This document shows, one piece after another, positions 16,715 to 25,665 of a stretch of DNA of 41,081 bases. The DNA is from Candidatus Nanoarchaeia archaeon. GTDB lineage: Archaea > Nanobdellota > Nanobdellia > Woesearchaeales > JACQNA01. The DNA is taken from positions 1-41,081 of the forward strand of contig DATDVW010000079.1 in the NCBI GenBank assembly GCA_035289865.1, given 5' to 3'. The notes beneath the pieces were generated by a model that worked only from the letters and a program-made list of their open reading frames with translations, was not told the origin of the DNA and did not search any database. Numbering within the stretch: position 1 is the stretch's first letter; each line of letters opens with the position of its first letter. The translations under genes and the position numbers were made by a program.

Positions 16715-17897
16715 GCGAGCGATAGATAGTTGAGATCTGTTTAGTGTATGATGCGCCGGTCTGCATAAGTGATAAGACCTGCCTAATTCTCTTTTTCCCT
16801 GAAATGAACTGAGTAATTGCAGAGGCAAGCGCACGGGCATTTCCTGGCGGAACAAGTACCCCTGTTCTCTTGGTTACGATTTCAGGAATTCCCCCTATTC
16901 TTGATGCAATAATCGGCTTTCCTGCAGCAATTGCCTCTATGGGCACTCTTCCCAGCGGCTCCGGCCAGAGGGAGGGGAATACGACGAGATCGCAGCGGGC
17001 ATACTGCTCCGGCATCTGCTCATAAGGAATTTTGCCGATGAAAATGACATTGCCTAATTTAAGGGAAGCGGCAAGCTGCTGAAGAGCTGGTAGATAGGGA
17101 CCGGTACCTGCAATAATTACTGATATTTTATTTGGTAAAGCGGTATTCTTAAGCTGCGCGACTGCTGCGAGCAATACCTGGAAACCCTTGTATTCTTCTA
17201 TTCTGCCTGGCGCAAAGATGACATATTCGCCTTTTCTGCGCGGTTTTTGCGGGACACGCCAGTCCGGTGCTGGGTTGTGCACAACCGTTATCTGGTGTGC
17301 AGGAATACCGTATGCGACGAGATTCCGCTTGATGAATGCGCTGATGGCGATAAGATGATGGCATGCAGAGAGTGCATGGCGGAGCGCTGCCGGCCGCTTG
17401 CGGATGATGGGGAGAAGGAATGGCACTGCCCATGTTGCGTGATGCATGTGGGCGATATTCTTCAACAGGGAAATTTCTTCTTCAGGCATCGGCTGCTGGA
17501 TGATGTTCCTCTGCTGCCGGAATACTGGAAGCAGGGAGATAAAACGGTAATCCCTGACTGTTGCGATGAGGGGGATGTGGAGTGCTGCTGCTGCCTCCAC
17601 TGATGCAGGGAGCAGGGAGAGGTCTTGGACATGCACAATGTCGGGGGCAATCTGCTTGAGCATATGAATGAGGCGCGGCAGAAGAAAACGATCACACCAA
17701 GAGGTATGCAGCAGGAAGGCGAGCAGTGTTCTCGGTAGGGGGATACGTATCTGATATAGCTGAGATGGCCGCTTTGGAGTAAGAGAAATAATCTCTACCT
17801 GGTGCTCTTTCCGCAGGGCGTCAACGAAGAGTTTGGCGCTGATATCCGCCCCCCCGATCTCTTCCCCAAAATAGGCGGAGATGATAGCGACTTTCAT
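16701..17897 (-). CDS. GT4 (GT-B fold) glycosyltransferase
   Basis: 'FPSLWPEPLGRVPIEAIAAGKPIIASRIGGIPEIV' (E-x7-E region). Confidence 0.85.
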   Translation of the reverse strand: MKVAIISAYFGEEIGGADISAKLFVDALRKEHQVEIISLTPKRPSQLYQIRIPLPRTLLAFLLHTSWCDRFLLPRLIHMLKQIAPDIVHVQDLSLLPASVEAAAALHIPLIATVRDYRFISLLPVFRQQRNIIQQPMPEEEISLLKNIAHMHHATWAVPFLLPIIRKRPAALRHALSACHHLIAISAFIKRNLVAYGIPAHQITVVHNPAPDWRVPQKPRRKGEYVIFAPGRIEEYKGFQVLLAAVAQLKNTALPNKISVIIAGTGPYLPALQQLAASLKLGNVIFIGKIPYEQMPEQYARCDLVVFPSLWPEPLGRVPIEAIAAGKPIIASRIGGIPEIVTKRTGVLVPPGNARALASAITQFISGKKRIRQVLSLMQTGASYTKQISTIYRSLIVP

Positions 17898-17918
17898 ATC
17901 CCCAGAATCACGATAATG

Positions 17919-17926
17919 TTTATAAA
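17919..17926. promoter_or_regulatory. Single palindromic TATA box TTTATAAA shared by divergent GT4 genes
   Basis: The 50-bp intergenic region has its palindrome centre exactly equidistant (25.5 nt) from the ATG at 17897 (-) and the ATG at 17948 (+). Confidence 0.55.
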
Positions 17927-17947
17927 GATAGCCCTGTTTGTGGGCAC

Positions 17948-19033
17948 ATGAAGATACTGCAGATGCCTGCGTATTTTCTGCCAGAGAAAGGGGGGATCGA
18001 GCATTGCGTCTATTACCTGGCAGAAGAGTTTCTGCAGGCGGGGAACAGGGTGACGGTGCTCACCTCGGGGAAGCGGAATGAGAGTGAGGATATGGGAGGG
18101 ATCATGGTGCAGCGCGTTCCCGCATGGAGGGTGATGAAGAGCCCGGTCTCCCTGCAGCTGTTCTTCGCGCTGATGCGGGAGCAGCCTGATGTGGCGCATC
18201 TCCATTATCCCCATCCCTTCTGGCTGGAGACCGGGGCTTTGGTATGCCGACTGAAGGGGATTCCGTATGTGGTGCATTGCCATGGCAAGGAGATCGAGAT
18301 TTCCGGGTGGAAAAATGCCCTTGCCCGCTGCTACAACCGGACGGTGTTCAGCCTGGTATTGCAGGGGAGCGCAGCCATCGTCACCAACACCAGGAAGGTG
18401 ATACCCCAGAGCAGACTGCTGCAGCAGTACCGGAGAAAGATAACGACGATCCCCCACGGGATCGACCTCCGGCGGTTCGCGCCCGGGAGAAAGGCAGCGC
18501 AGCAAGCAAAGACCATCCTGCATGTCGGATCGCTGCGGCGGTATAAAGGGGTGGAGTACATCATTGCGGCATTGCCTGCGGTTCTCGCCAGATACCCGGA
18601 CACCCGGCTGGTTATCGTCGGGAAAGGGGAGCAAGAGGGCGTATTGCGGAAGCAGGCGGAGCAAATGGGAGTGGCGGGCCACGTGGAGTTCCGCAGATCC
18701 GCTGAGCCGGAGGAGCTGCGGGGGATATACGCCCGGGCAGATGCGTTCGTGCTGGCATCCCCCACCATCGAGGAGAGCTTCGGGCTGGTGGCGTTTGAGG
18801 CCCTGGCGATGGAGGTCCCCACGATCGTGACGAGCGGGGCCGGGGTCTCGGAGATATTTGAGGATGAAGGGATTCCCCATGTGGTGGCGCCGCGGGATCC
18901 TGGCGCGATTGCGCAGAGGGTGATCGAGGTGTTTTCACACAGGCAAAAAAGCTACCGGAATATTTTGGAGAAGTACCAATGGAAGCGGATCGCGCCGCAG
19001 TATCTGGCGCTGTATCAGCAGGTGATGCGATGA
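17948..19033 (+). CDS. GT4 (GT-B fold) glycosyltransferase
   Basis: 'ASPTIEESFGLVAFEALAMEVPTIVTSGAGVSEIF'. Confidence 0.85.
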   Translation: MKILQMPAYFLPEKGGIEHCVYYLAEEFLQAGNRVTVLTSGKRNESEDMGGIMVQRVPAWRVMKSPVSLQLFFALMREQPDVAHLHYPHPFWLETGALVCRLKGIPYVVHCHGKEIEISGWKNALARCYNRTVFSLVLQGSAAIVTNTRKVIPQSRLLQQYRRKITTIPHGIDLRRFAPGRKAAQQAKTILHVGSLRRYKGVEYIIAALPAVLARYPDTRLVIVGKGEQEGVLRKQAEQMGVAGHVEFRRSAEPEELRGIYARADAFVLASPTIEESFGLVAFEALAMEVPTIVTSGAGVSEIFEDEGIPHVVAPRDPGAIAQRVIEVFSHRQKSYRNILEKYQWKRIAPQYLALYQQVMR

Positions 19034-19473
19034 ACCCCATGATGGAGCGGCGGCTGGCGAACAAGGATATGGCTACTGTGGCGCTCAACAAGCTGCTGAA
19101 CCTTGTCGCGCGCAACTGCATCTCGAACGGCCTGCGGATATTCCTCTACCGGCTGCAGGGGATGCGGATCGGCAATGGGGTGTTTATCGGCATTGACAGC
19201 TTCCTGGATGACCAGTTCCCGCACCTGATCACGATCGAGGATCATGTCACGCTTTCATTCCGGGTGAGCATCGCTGCGCACGGACACCACAATAAGGTTG
19301 CGGCAGTCCGAATCAGGAAGAACGCGTGGATCGGAACCGGGGCGATCATCCTGCAGGGCGTCGAGGTCGGGGAGGGAAGCATTGTCGCTGCCGGTGCGGT
19401 CGTCAATAAGGATGTACTGCCGCATACCCTTGTTGGGGGAGTGCCGGCGAAGCTGATCAAGGAGCTGAGGTGA
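19030..19473 (+). CDS. Left-handed beta-helix (hexapeptide repeat) acetyltransferase
   Basis: 'IGNGVFIG', 'IGTGAIILQGVEVGEGSIVAAGAVV', 'VGGVPAKLI'. Start set at the ATG at 19030, which overlaps the GT4 stop (ATGA). Confidence 0.8.
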   Translation: MNPMMERRLANKDMATVALNKLLNLVARNCISNGLRIFLYRLQGMRIGNGVFIGIDSFLDDQFPHLITIEDHVTLSFRVSIAAHGHHNKVAAVRIRKNAWIGTGAIILQGVEVGEGSIVAAGAVVNKDVLPHTLVGGVPAKLIKELR

Positions 19474-19477
19474 AAAA

Positions 19478-20992
19478 ATGATCACTATCGTGGACTGCGG
19501 CAGCCAGCTGACGCAGAACATCAAGCGCAGGATACAGGAGCAGGAAGTACGTGCGGAGATCGTGCCGCACCGCGCTTCTCTGGATGATATCCTCTCCGGA
19601 TCCCCCCAGGGGATTATCCAGTCCGGGGGGCAGGCGAGCGTCTATGACGATGGGCCGCCGCTGCCGGATGCGCGGATCTATGCCGCGGGAGTCCCGGTGC
19701 TGGGCATCTGCTTCGGGATGCAGGCCATGGCGCATCTCCTCGGCGGAAGGGTGCAGGCTGCAAAGAACCGGGAATATGGAAAAACAAGGATCCATCTGAA
19801 GGACAGCCCGCTCTTCACCGGCATCGAGAGCAAGGAGATTACGGTCTGGATGAGCCATGGCGACATCATCGAGCAGGTCCCTCCGGGGTTTGAGGTGATC
19901 GCGGTCTCTGAAAACGGGCATCCTGCCGCGATGCAGAAGGGGAATCTCTACGCGGTCCAGTTCCATCCGGAGGTCGACCATACGGAATACGGCAGGCAGA
20001 TGCTGCAGAATTTCCTTGCGGCCTGCAATGCCCGGCAGGACTGGAGGCAGGGTGATATGGCGGAGAACATCATCGCTGAGGTGCAGCGGCAGGCTGGGGA
20101 AAATACCGTCATCGGCGGGGTGAGCGGCGGGGTGGACTCAACAACAATGTCGGTGCTGATGCACCGGGCTATCGGGGAGCGGTACCATGCCCTGTTCATC
20201 GACAACGGGCTGCTCCGGATGGAGGAGCGGGAGGAGGTTGCAGGCTATCTCAGCGCCCTGGGGATAAACCTCCATGTGACCGATGCCTCGCCGCGGTTCC
20301 TGGAACGGCTTGCCGGGGTCGATGATCCCGACCTCAAGCGGAAGATCATCGGCAACGAGTTCATCGCGGTTTTTGAGGAGGAAGCTGCACGTATCGGGGA
20401 CATTGGCTATCTTTGCCAGGGGACACTGTATCCTGACGTCATCGAGAGCATCCCGGTGCATGGGGCATCCTCCCGTATCAAGCGGCACCATAATGTTGGG
20501 GGACTGCCGGAGCGGATGCGGCTGCAGCTAATCGAGCCCTTCCGCTACCTGTTCAAGGACGAGGTGCGGAAGATTGCGGAGCAGCTGGGCATGCCTGAAG
20601 AGATCGTGTGGAGGCATCCCTTTCCCGGGCCCGGGCTGGCGGTGCGGATCAAGGGGGAGGTCACTGCGGAGAAGCTGGCGCTGGTGCGGCAGGCGGACCG
20701 GATATTTATCAGCGAGATGCGGCAGCAGGGGTTTTACCGCCAGGTGAGCCAGGCGTTTGCGGCGCTTTCTGCAGACCAGACCGTCGGGGTGATGGGAGAC
20801 GGCCATACCTACCAGCATGCCTGCGTGCTGCGGGCAGTGGTCACCCGGGACTTCATGACCGCGGATTCGTTCTATTTCCCGCAGGAATTCGAGCAGCGGG
20901 TGACGAGCAGGATCGTGAATGAGGTAAAAGGGATCAACCGGGTCTACTGGGACAAGACGCAGAAGCCGCCGGGGACGATTGAGCTGGAGTGA
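19478..20992 (+). CDS. guaA: GMP synthase (glutamine-hydrolysing), fused GATase + ATP-pyrophosphatase form
   Basis: 'GICFGMQ' Cys nucleophile, 'QFHPE', PP-loop 'GGVSGGVDS', C-terminal 'PPGTIELE'. GAGGTGA SD-like element upstream. Confidence 0.95.
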   Translation: MITIVDCGSQLTQNIKRRIQEQEVRAEIVPHRASLDDILSGSPQGIIQSGGQASVYDDGPPLPDARIYAAGVPVLGICFGMQAMAHLLGGRVQAAKNREYGKTRIHLKDSPLFTGIESKEITVWMSHGDIIEQVPPGFEVIAVSENGHPAAMQKGNLYAVQFHPEVDHTEYGRQMLQNFLAACNARQDWRQGDMAENIIAEVQRQAGENTVIGGVSGGVDSTTMSVLMHRAIGERYHALFIDNGLLRMEEREEVAGYLSALGINLHVTDASPRFLERLAGVDDPDLKRKIIGNEFIAVFEEEAARIGDIGYLCQGTLYPDVIESIPVHGASSRIKRHHNVGGLPERMRLQLIEPFRYLFKDEVRKIAEQLGMPEEIVWRHPFPGPGLAVRIKGEVTAEKLALVRQADRIFISEMRQQGFYRQVSQAFAALSADQTVGVMGDGHTYQHACVLRAVVTRDFMTADSFYFPQEFEQRVTSRIVNEVKGINRVYWDKTQKPPGTIELE

Positions 20993-21003
20993 TTGTGGCG
21001 ATA

Positions 21004-21663
21004 TTACGTGTTTTCCCCGCACACCGCCAGGATGGATGCTGCGTGGAGCAGGGCAAGGGGCAGCAGGTTCGCCTTGATCTTTGCCGGGTGATGGGTGATG
21101 AAAAAGAGGGCAACAGGAAACACCAGCAGCCACGCCTCGGGCCGGGTGAGGCCTGCGACCAGCAGCAAAAGGGAGACTATGATGATGTTTTTCTTCCCGC
21201 CCTGCCAGGTGAGAAGGTAGTACAGGGCAGGGAAGACCAGGCCGATGAGCACGATGATGGAGCCTGCAGTTATGGTCGCCAGGATAAACTCATTGTTGAA
21301 CAGGAGCAGGAGGGGGGCGAGCAGCGCTGCTTGGGAATGGAGGAGTCCGGCTATTCTGGAGGAGAAGAGCACGATAACCGAGCCGATGATAATATACAGG
21401 AAGGTCAGGAGCCAGGGAACCGGGGCGATGAGCGAGAGGAGTATCTGGAAGGGCTTGGGCACGATCATGAATTAGAAGAACTCTGTGGAGAGGAAGCTGC
21501 CGTCATGCGAGTAGACGGGCAGGCGGCCCTCGCGCAGCTCCTGGGCGTAGACCGAGTAGGACCAGGTGTCCGGGCTGAGGACAGCGCCGTAATGGAATGC
21601 CACCAGCGAGAGGAAGATGACGCTGCCTGCAAAGAGCGCTGCTTCCCCGAGATGTTTTCGCAT
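21004..21663 (-). pseudogene. Short GT-C/DUF2029-like membrane protein interrupted by an in-frame TAA (or two small adjacent ORFs)
   Basis: 'MRKHLGE...SPDTWSYSVYAQELREGRLPVY...STEFF' (21663-21475), TAA at 21472-21474, one Phe codon, then 'MIVPKPF...' (21468-21004) in the same frame. The total is far shorter than normal GT-C enzymes. Confidence 0.4.
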
Positions 21664-21684
21664 GGCGGAAGAATGCCGGGACGG

Positions 21685-21692
21685 TATAAAAA
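21685..21692 (-). promoter_or_regulatory. TATA-like box (TTTTTATA on minus strand)
   Basis: About 25 nt upstream of the ATG at 21663. Confidence 0.45.
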
Positions 21693-21715
21693 GATTCGTG
21701 TCGAGAGGAACAATC

Positions 21716-21723
21716 TTTATATA
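21716..21723 (+). promoter_or_regulatory. TATA-like box TTTATATA ahead of the DegT gene
   Basis: Starts 38 nt upstream of the ATG at 21754, which implies a short leader. Confidence 0.4.
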
Positions 21724-21753
21724 CCCTCCCCGGTATCTCGCTGACGGGGGTTT

Positions 21754-22839
21754 ATGCGCATTTCCCATCAGCGGCCCACGCCGGCCATCCGGGATGTTGT
21801 CTGTGGATTGGTGAGATATATCTCCGGCGGCGGGCAGGAGGATGCGCTGGCAGGGTATCTCCCCCCGGGCAGCCGTCAGTGGGTGTCCTCGGGCAGGCAC
21901 GGGATCGAGCTGGCGCTGCGGCAGATCCCCCGGAAGCGGGTGCTGCTGCCGGCGTTCACCTGCGAGGTGGTGCTGGATGCGTGCCGGCGGGCAGGGAAGG
22001 ATATCATATTTGTGGATTCCGGGGTGCTGCTGGACATCCCTGCGTTCCGGAAGGCAGCGGCAAAAAACAAAAGGTCAGCGCTGGTGCTGCCCTATAATTT
22101 CGGGTTTCTTCCGGACATGGGCAAAGTGACTGCCATATGCAAAAAGTATGATATCACCCTTGTGGAAGACTGCTGCCAGGCGCTGGGAGCGACGTGGAAG
22201 GGGAAGGCTGCGGGCAGCTTTGGAGAGTATGCAGTATATTCTTTCGGCATCAGCAAGAACATCGGATACGCAAACGGGATGGTGGTGGGCGCCAGGCAGA
22301 TCCCTGAGGGGGGCGGGAAATATCCGCTGCCCCGGGCGATCACTGACCTGCTGCAGGGGCTGCTCAACCCGGTGTTCTTCCATCCTGCAGCGTATCCGAT
22401 GACTGAGCCGCTGCTCGCCATGAGGCTAGGGCATGAGCATCAGGCGATGCAATACCGGGATTCCGGGCTGGGGAGGGCGATCGTGCTTCAGCAGGCAGGG
22501 CGATATGCGGAGATCATGCGCACCAGAAAGGAGAACGCCGCATACTGCCTGAAGGAGCTGAAAGGCATCATTGATTTTGCTGAGCAGGGGCAGGGGGAGC
22601 CTGCATGGCTGTACTTTGTGCTGCTGCACCCACATGCAGGAGAGCTCAGGCAGGAATTACGCAGGCGGGGAGTGGATGTCCGCCCGCTGCACAGCTTCCG
22701 CGACCTGAGCGGGAAGGGAAAGCTCGCCAAACAGGCAGAGCAGCATCTTGCGTTTTCCCTGTACCGCAGCAGGGGCGAGCTGGAGATTATCGTAAAGCAG
22801 ATAAAGGAAGCGCTCACTCTGGAGACCCCATGGAGATAA
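21754..22839 (+). CDS. DegT/DnrJ/EryC1/StrS-family PLP-dependent sugar aminotransferase
   Basis: 'VLLPAFTCEVVLDA', 'LVEDCCQALGA', and the PLP-Lys block 'YSFGISKNI'. Confidence 0.85.
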   Translation: MRISHQRPTPAIRDVVCGLVRYISGGGQEDALAGYLPPGSRQWVSSGRHGIELALRQIPRKRVLLPAFTCEVVLDACRRAGKDIIFVDSGVLLDIPAFRKAAAKNKRSALVLPYNFGFLPDMGKVTAICKKYDITLVEDCCQALGATWKGKAAGSFGEYAVYSFGISKNIGYANGMVVGARQIPEGGGKYPLPRAITDLLQGLLNPVFFHPAAYPMTEPLLAMRLGHEHQAMQYRDSGLGRAIVLQQAGRYAEIMRTRKENAAYCLKELKGIIDFAEQGQGEPAWLYFVLLHPHAGELRQELRRRGVDVRPLHSFRDLSGKGKLAKQAEQHLAFSLYRSRGELEIIVKQIKEALTLETPWR

Positions 22840-23849
22840 TCGAGCTCGGCGAGGGGCAGATGGGGGAATGGCGCAGCTTCCTGGCAGAGCAGCCGCACCT
22901 GATCTTCCACACCCCGGAGTACCAGCAGTTCCTGCGCGCGGCATTCCCCAGCACGGAGTTCAAATGCGTCGCTGCCGTGGAGAACGGCATCCAGCTGATC
23001 CTGCCGATCGGGCTGATCAGGAGCCAGATGCTCGGCAACAAGGTGATCTCCGCCCCGTTTCTGGAGTATGGCGGGTTCTGCGGGAACCTGGGCCATGTGG
23101 AGCAGGTGATTGCCTATCTCCGGGGCAAGTACAGCAAGAAGTACAGCTACCTGGAGATCCGGGATGGGCTGCCCAATGAGGTGCTGGAGAAGCACCTGCA
23201 GAAGGTGACGCCGTACCAGAGGTTCGTGCTCAGCCTGCAGGGTGAGGAGCAGAACTGGGAGCTGCTGGACAAGCAGAAGCGGAAGGCGATCAGGAAAGCG
23301 GAGAAGCATCTCACGCTGCGCGAGCTCGGCAAGGAGGACATCGACCAGGTCTATCCCCTGTACCTCAGGAACATGAAGCAGTTCGGCAGCCCGCCGTTCG
23401 CCCGCGAGTATTTCGTGCAGTTCTTCAGCCGGCCGATGGGAAAGTGCTTCGGCGCGTTCCAGGAGGGAAAGCTCTGCGCGGCGCTCCTCGGATTTACGTA
23501 TCAGCAGCGCGTCCATATCACCATAGCGGTCGCAGAGAAAAAAAGCCTGGAGCTGCGCCCCAATGATCTGCTCCACTGGGAGTTCATCAGGTGGGGCATC
23601 AGGAACAGCTATACAGTCTTTGATTTCGGCAGGGTGCGCGAGGAGAGCGGGCAGTTCCGCTTCAAGCAGGAATTCGGCGGCGAGCTGCAGGAGCTTGCGC
23701 ACTACTACGACCTCTACCAGCTGAAGCGGATTCCCAAGACCGACCCGAGCAACGGCAAGTACCGATTCGCCATCGAGCTGTGGAAGAAGATGCCGCTGAT
23801 CATGCAGCGGAAGATCGGTCCGGGGATACGGGAAGGGCTGGGAATTTGA
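22830..23849 (+). CDS. FemAB-like / GNAT-fold (acetyltransf_6) transferase
   Basis: 'APFLEYGGF', 'LDKQKRKAIRKAEK', 'RPNDLLHWEFIRWGIRNSYTVFDFGR...FRFKQEFGG' resemble the FemAB/CelD-like family. Start set at the ATG at 22830, overlapping the DegT end by 10 nt. Confidence 0.65.
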   Translation: MEIIELGEGQMGEWRSFLAEQPHLIFHTPEYQQFLRAAFPSTEFKCVAAVENGIQLILPIGLIRSQMLGNKVISAPFLEYGGFCGNLGHVEQVIAYLRGKYSKKYSYLEIRDGLPNEVLEKHLQKVTPYQRFVLSLQGEEQNWELLDKQKRKAIRKAEKHLTLRELGKEDIDQVYPLYLRNMKQFGSPPFAREYFVQFFSRPMGKCFGAFQEGKLCAALLGFTYQQRVHITIAVAEKKSLELRPNDLLHWEFIRWGIRNSYTVFDFGRVREESGQFRFKQEFGGELQELAHYYDLYQLKRIPKTDPSNGKYRFAIELWKKMPLIMQRKIGPGIREGLGI

Positions 23850-23892
23850 TATTGTTATTCTATGCACTCTCATTTTAAGCGTTCTGGTATCT

Positions 23893-24001
23893 TGCCGCAC
23901 GCCGCCAGCATGGCAGCAGACGGTCAAAGCTTCGCTTTGCCCTACCGGTCACCCCGTAAGGGACGTCCCCCGACCGGTCTGCGCCATGGCGGCGTGCGGC
24001 A
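23893..24001. other. GC-rich structured element: 15-bp perfect closing stem with nested helices (candidate ncRNA or miniature inverted-repeat element)
   Basis: TGCCGCACGCCGCCA (23893-23907) is the exact reverse complement of 23987-24001. An inner helix 23916-23925/23972-23982 has one bulge. There is a small hairpin at 23926-23938, and 'CCC GTAA GGG' forms a GNRA-type loop. Confidence 0.35.
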
Positions 24002-24034
24002 GCGAGCATCCCTTAAGCAAGGGCCTGGGAAATG

Positions 24035-24042
24035 TTTATAAA
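24035..24042 (+). promoter_or_regulatory. TATA box TTTATAAA for the EamA gene
   Basis: Starts 29 nt upstream of the ATG at 24064. Confidence 0.55.
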
Positions 24043-24063
24043 TAAGGTGGTGGTTGTTTCTGC

Positions 24064-24909
24064 ATGGCAGACATCGGTATCCTCTTCGGCCTGCTGGCGA
24101 TGCTCGGGTGGGGGGTTTCGGATTTTCTTTCCAAGATGGCGGTTCATCGGGTGGGGGTACACCGAACGTTAGTGTATGCGTACACGACTGGCACGCTTAT
24201 TGCAGTAGGAGCATTTCTTCTTTATCCTAGGTTTTCTTCAATGAGTATCGGCATCGCTTTTATCTTTCTGGTTGAGGCTGCCCTGAACTTTGCAGGGTAT
24301 CTGTTTTTTTATAAAGGGATGGAGCATGATGACATCTCCCTCTTGAGCCCTATTGTAGCTGCGTATCCACTGATCATTGTGCTGCTTTCATTGATTATCC
24401 TTCATGAAAAGATAACCCTGCTTCAGGCGATTGCGATGTTCCTGATCCCGGTAGGATTGATAGCACTCTCAGCGAAGAGTGGATCGCATGGGTTGCGTCG
24501 GCGGCGCGGGATTGCGCTTGCGCTGGGCGCTATGCTCATTTTTGGGGTTTCTATCTTCCTGTACGGATATCTCGTGCAGGCAACGAACTGGATACTTGCG
24601 CTTGCGGTAGGAAGAGTGCTGGCCTCGCTCATGATTCTTTCTTTTGTTGCCGCAAAGCGCAGCCCACTACGCATACCCCTTTCCGCAACGCCGCTGCTTA
24701 TCATCACCGGCATCCTGGAGGTCGGCGGAACCATCGGATACAGCATCGGCGTGAGCATCAGCCAGATTTCCCTGATTTCGGTTATTTCTTCAACGTATCC
24801 GCTTGTTGTTGTTGCGCTCGCCTGGCTATTTCTTCGTGAGTGGCTGAATACCATCCAGAAACTCGGCGTTTTAGGTGTAATCGCTGGTCTTGTTCTGATA
24901 TCCCTCTAG
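24064..24909 (+). CDS. EamA/DMT-superfamily transporter
   Basis: About 10 TM helices in two similar halves, with the typical 'GWGVSDFLSK' start. Confidence 0.8.
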   Translation: MADIGILFGLLAMLGWGVSDFLSKMAVHRVGVHRTLVYAYTTGTLIAVGAFLLYPRFSSMSIGIAFIFLVEAALNFAGYLFFYKGMEHDDISLLSPIVAAYPLIIVLLSLIILHEKITLLQAIAMFLIPVGLIALSAKSGSHGLRRRRGIALALGAMLIFGVSIFLYGYLVQATNWILALAVGRVLASLMILSFVAAKRSPLRIPLSATPLLIITGILEVGGTIGYSIGVSISQISLISVISSTYPLVVVALAWLFLREWLNTIQKLGVLGVIAGLVLISL

Positions 24910-25665
24910 GTATTCCCGGCAGCTCACCCACCGGCAATCTGCACGCGCAATCAGCCCGGTGAATATCTGCCACGCCTTCCTGCCCTGGTTCTTGCCGTAC
25001 ATCTTCCTCACCAAAAAGCTGATGTTCCCCGGTATCGGGGTCTCCAGGAACTCACAGGGATGCAGGTAGAAAAGATAGGGGATACGGAATGATTTGGACA
25101 GCGGGTAGAGGAGCCGGTAATAGGAGAGCGCTGAGGGCGGCATGCCGAATTTGGTGAGGTTCGGGATGGGCAGCTCCATGATGCCGTTTCCTTTTTTGGC
25201 AAGGCTGTCCGGTGATGCGCGGTACGGCCTGAGGGGTGCGGTGACATGGGCATACCTGCCCGGGAAGAATGTGGAGATGGACGAATCATAGCGGAATTTG
25301 TGTTTTGCCAGCAGGCGGCCAAGATGGGGGTGGACCATGAAATAGGGGGAGCGGAAGCCGCTGCAGGGGATGCCTAAAGCGGATATCGCCTGCTTTGACC
25401 GTATGATCTCCTGCTCCAGTCCTTCCCTGGAGAGCCTGCCCAGGATCCGGTGCGAATAGCTGTGGGAGGCGATCTCGTGCTTTTTCGCTATGGCCTTCAC
25501 CATGCCCGGATACTGCTCGGCAAGCTCCCCCAGGACAAAAAAGGTGGCATGGATATCGTGCCTGCCGAAGAAATCCAGCAGCCGCGGGACGAGCTTAAGA
25601 TTCTCCACGCCCTGGGTCTCGAAATCATACTCCAGGTCAACCGTCATGATCCGCTGCATGGTCAT
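24871..25665 (-). CDS. Polysaccharide deacetylase (NodB homology, CE4)
   Basis: 'TVDLEYDF', 'ATFFVLGELAEQYPGMV', 'HEIASHSYSH'. Confidence 0.8.
   Translation of the reverse strand: MTMQRIMTVDLEYDFETQGVENLKLVPRLLDFFGRHDIHATFFVLGELAEQYPGMVKAIAKKHEIASHSYSHRILGRLSREGLEQEIIRSKQAISALGIPCSGFRSPYFMVHPHLGRLLAKHKFRYDSSISTFFPGRYAHVTAPLRPYRASPDSLAKKGNGIMELPIPNLTKFGMPPSALSYYRLLYPLSKSFRIPYLFYLHPCEFLETPIPGNISFLVRKMYGKNQGRKAWQIFTGLIARADCRWVSCREYLEGYQNKTSDYT

Noticed and set aside
19478-20992. guaA as a functional part of the glycan cluster
   Set aside because: It is a canonical housekeeping enzyme with its own SD-like element. It is most simply read as a housekeeping gene flanked by glycan genes. The fused two-domain form is noted only as another bacterial-type feature.
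22488-23927. 479-aa minus-strand ORF, plus similar long antisense ORFs at 13798-14724(+), 17894-18880(-), 20989-21744(+), 28299-29168(+), 7113-7820(-), 2114-2914(-), 3101-3685(-), 9114-9803(+)
   Set aside because: They lie antisense to genes with clear family motifs. Their translations are low-complexity and rich in R/P/A/G/H/Q, with no recognisable motifs. This is the typical pattern of shadow ORFs in GC-rich coding DNA.
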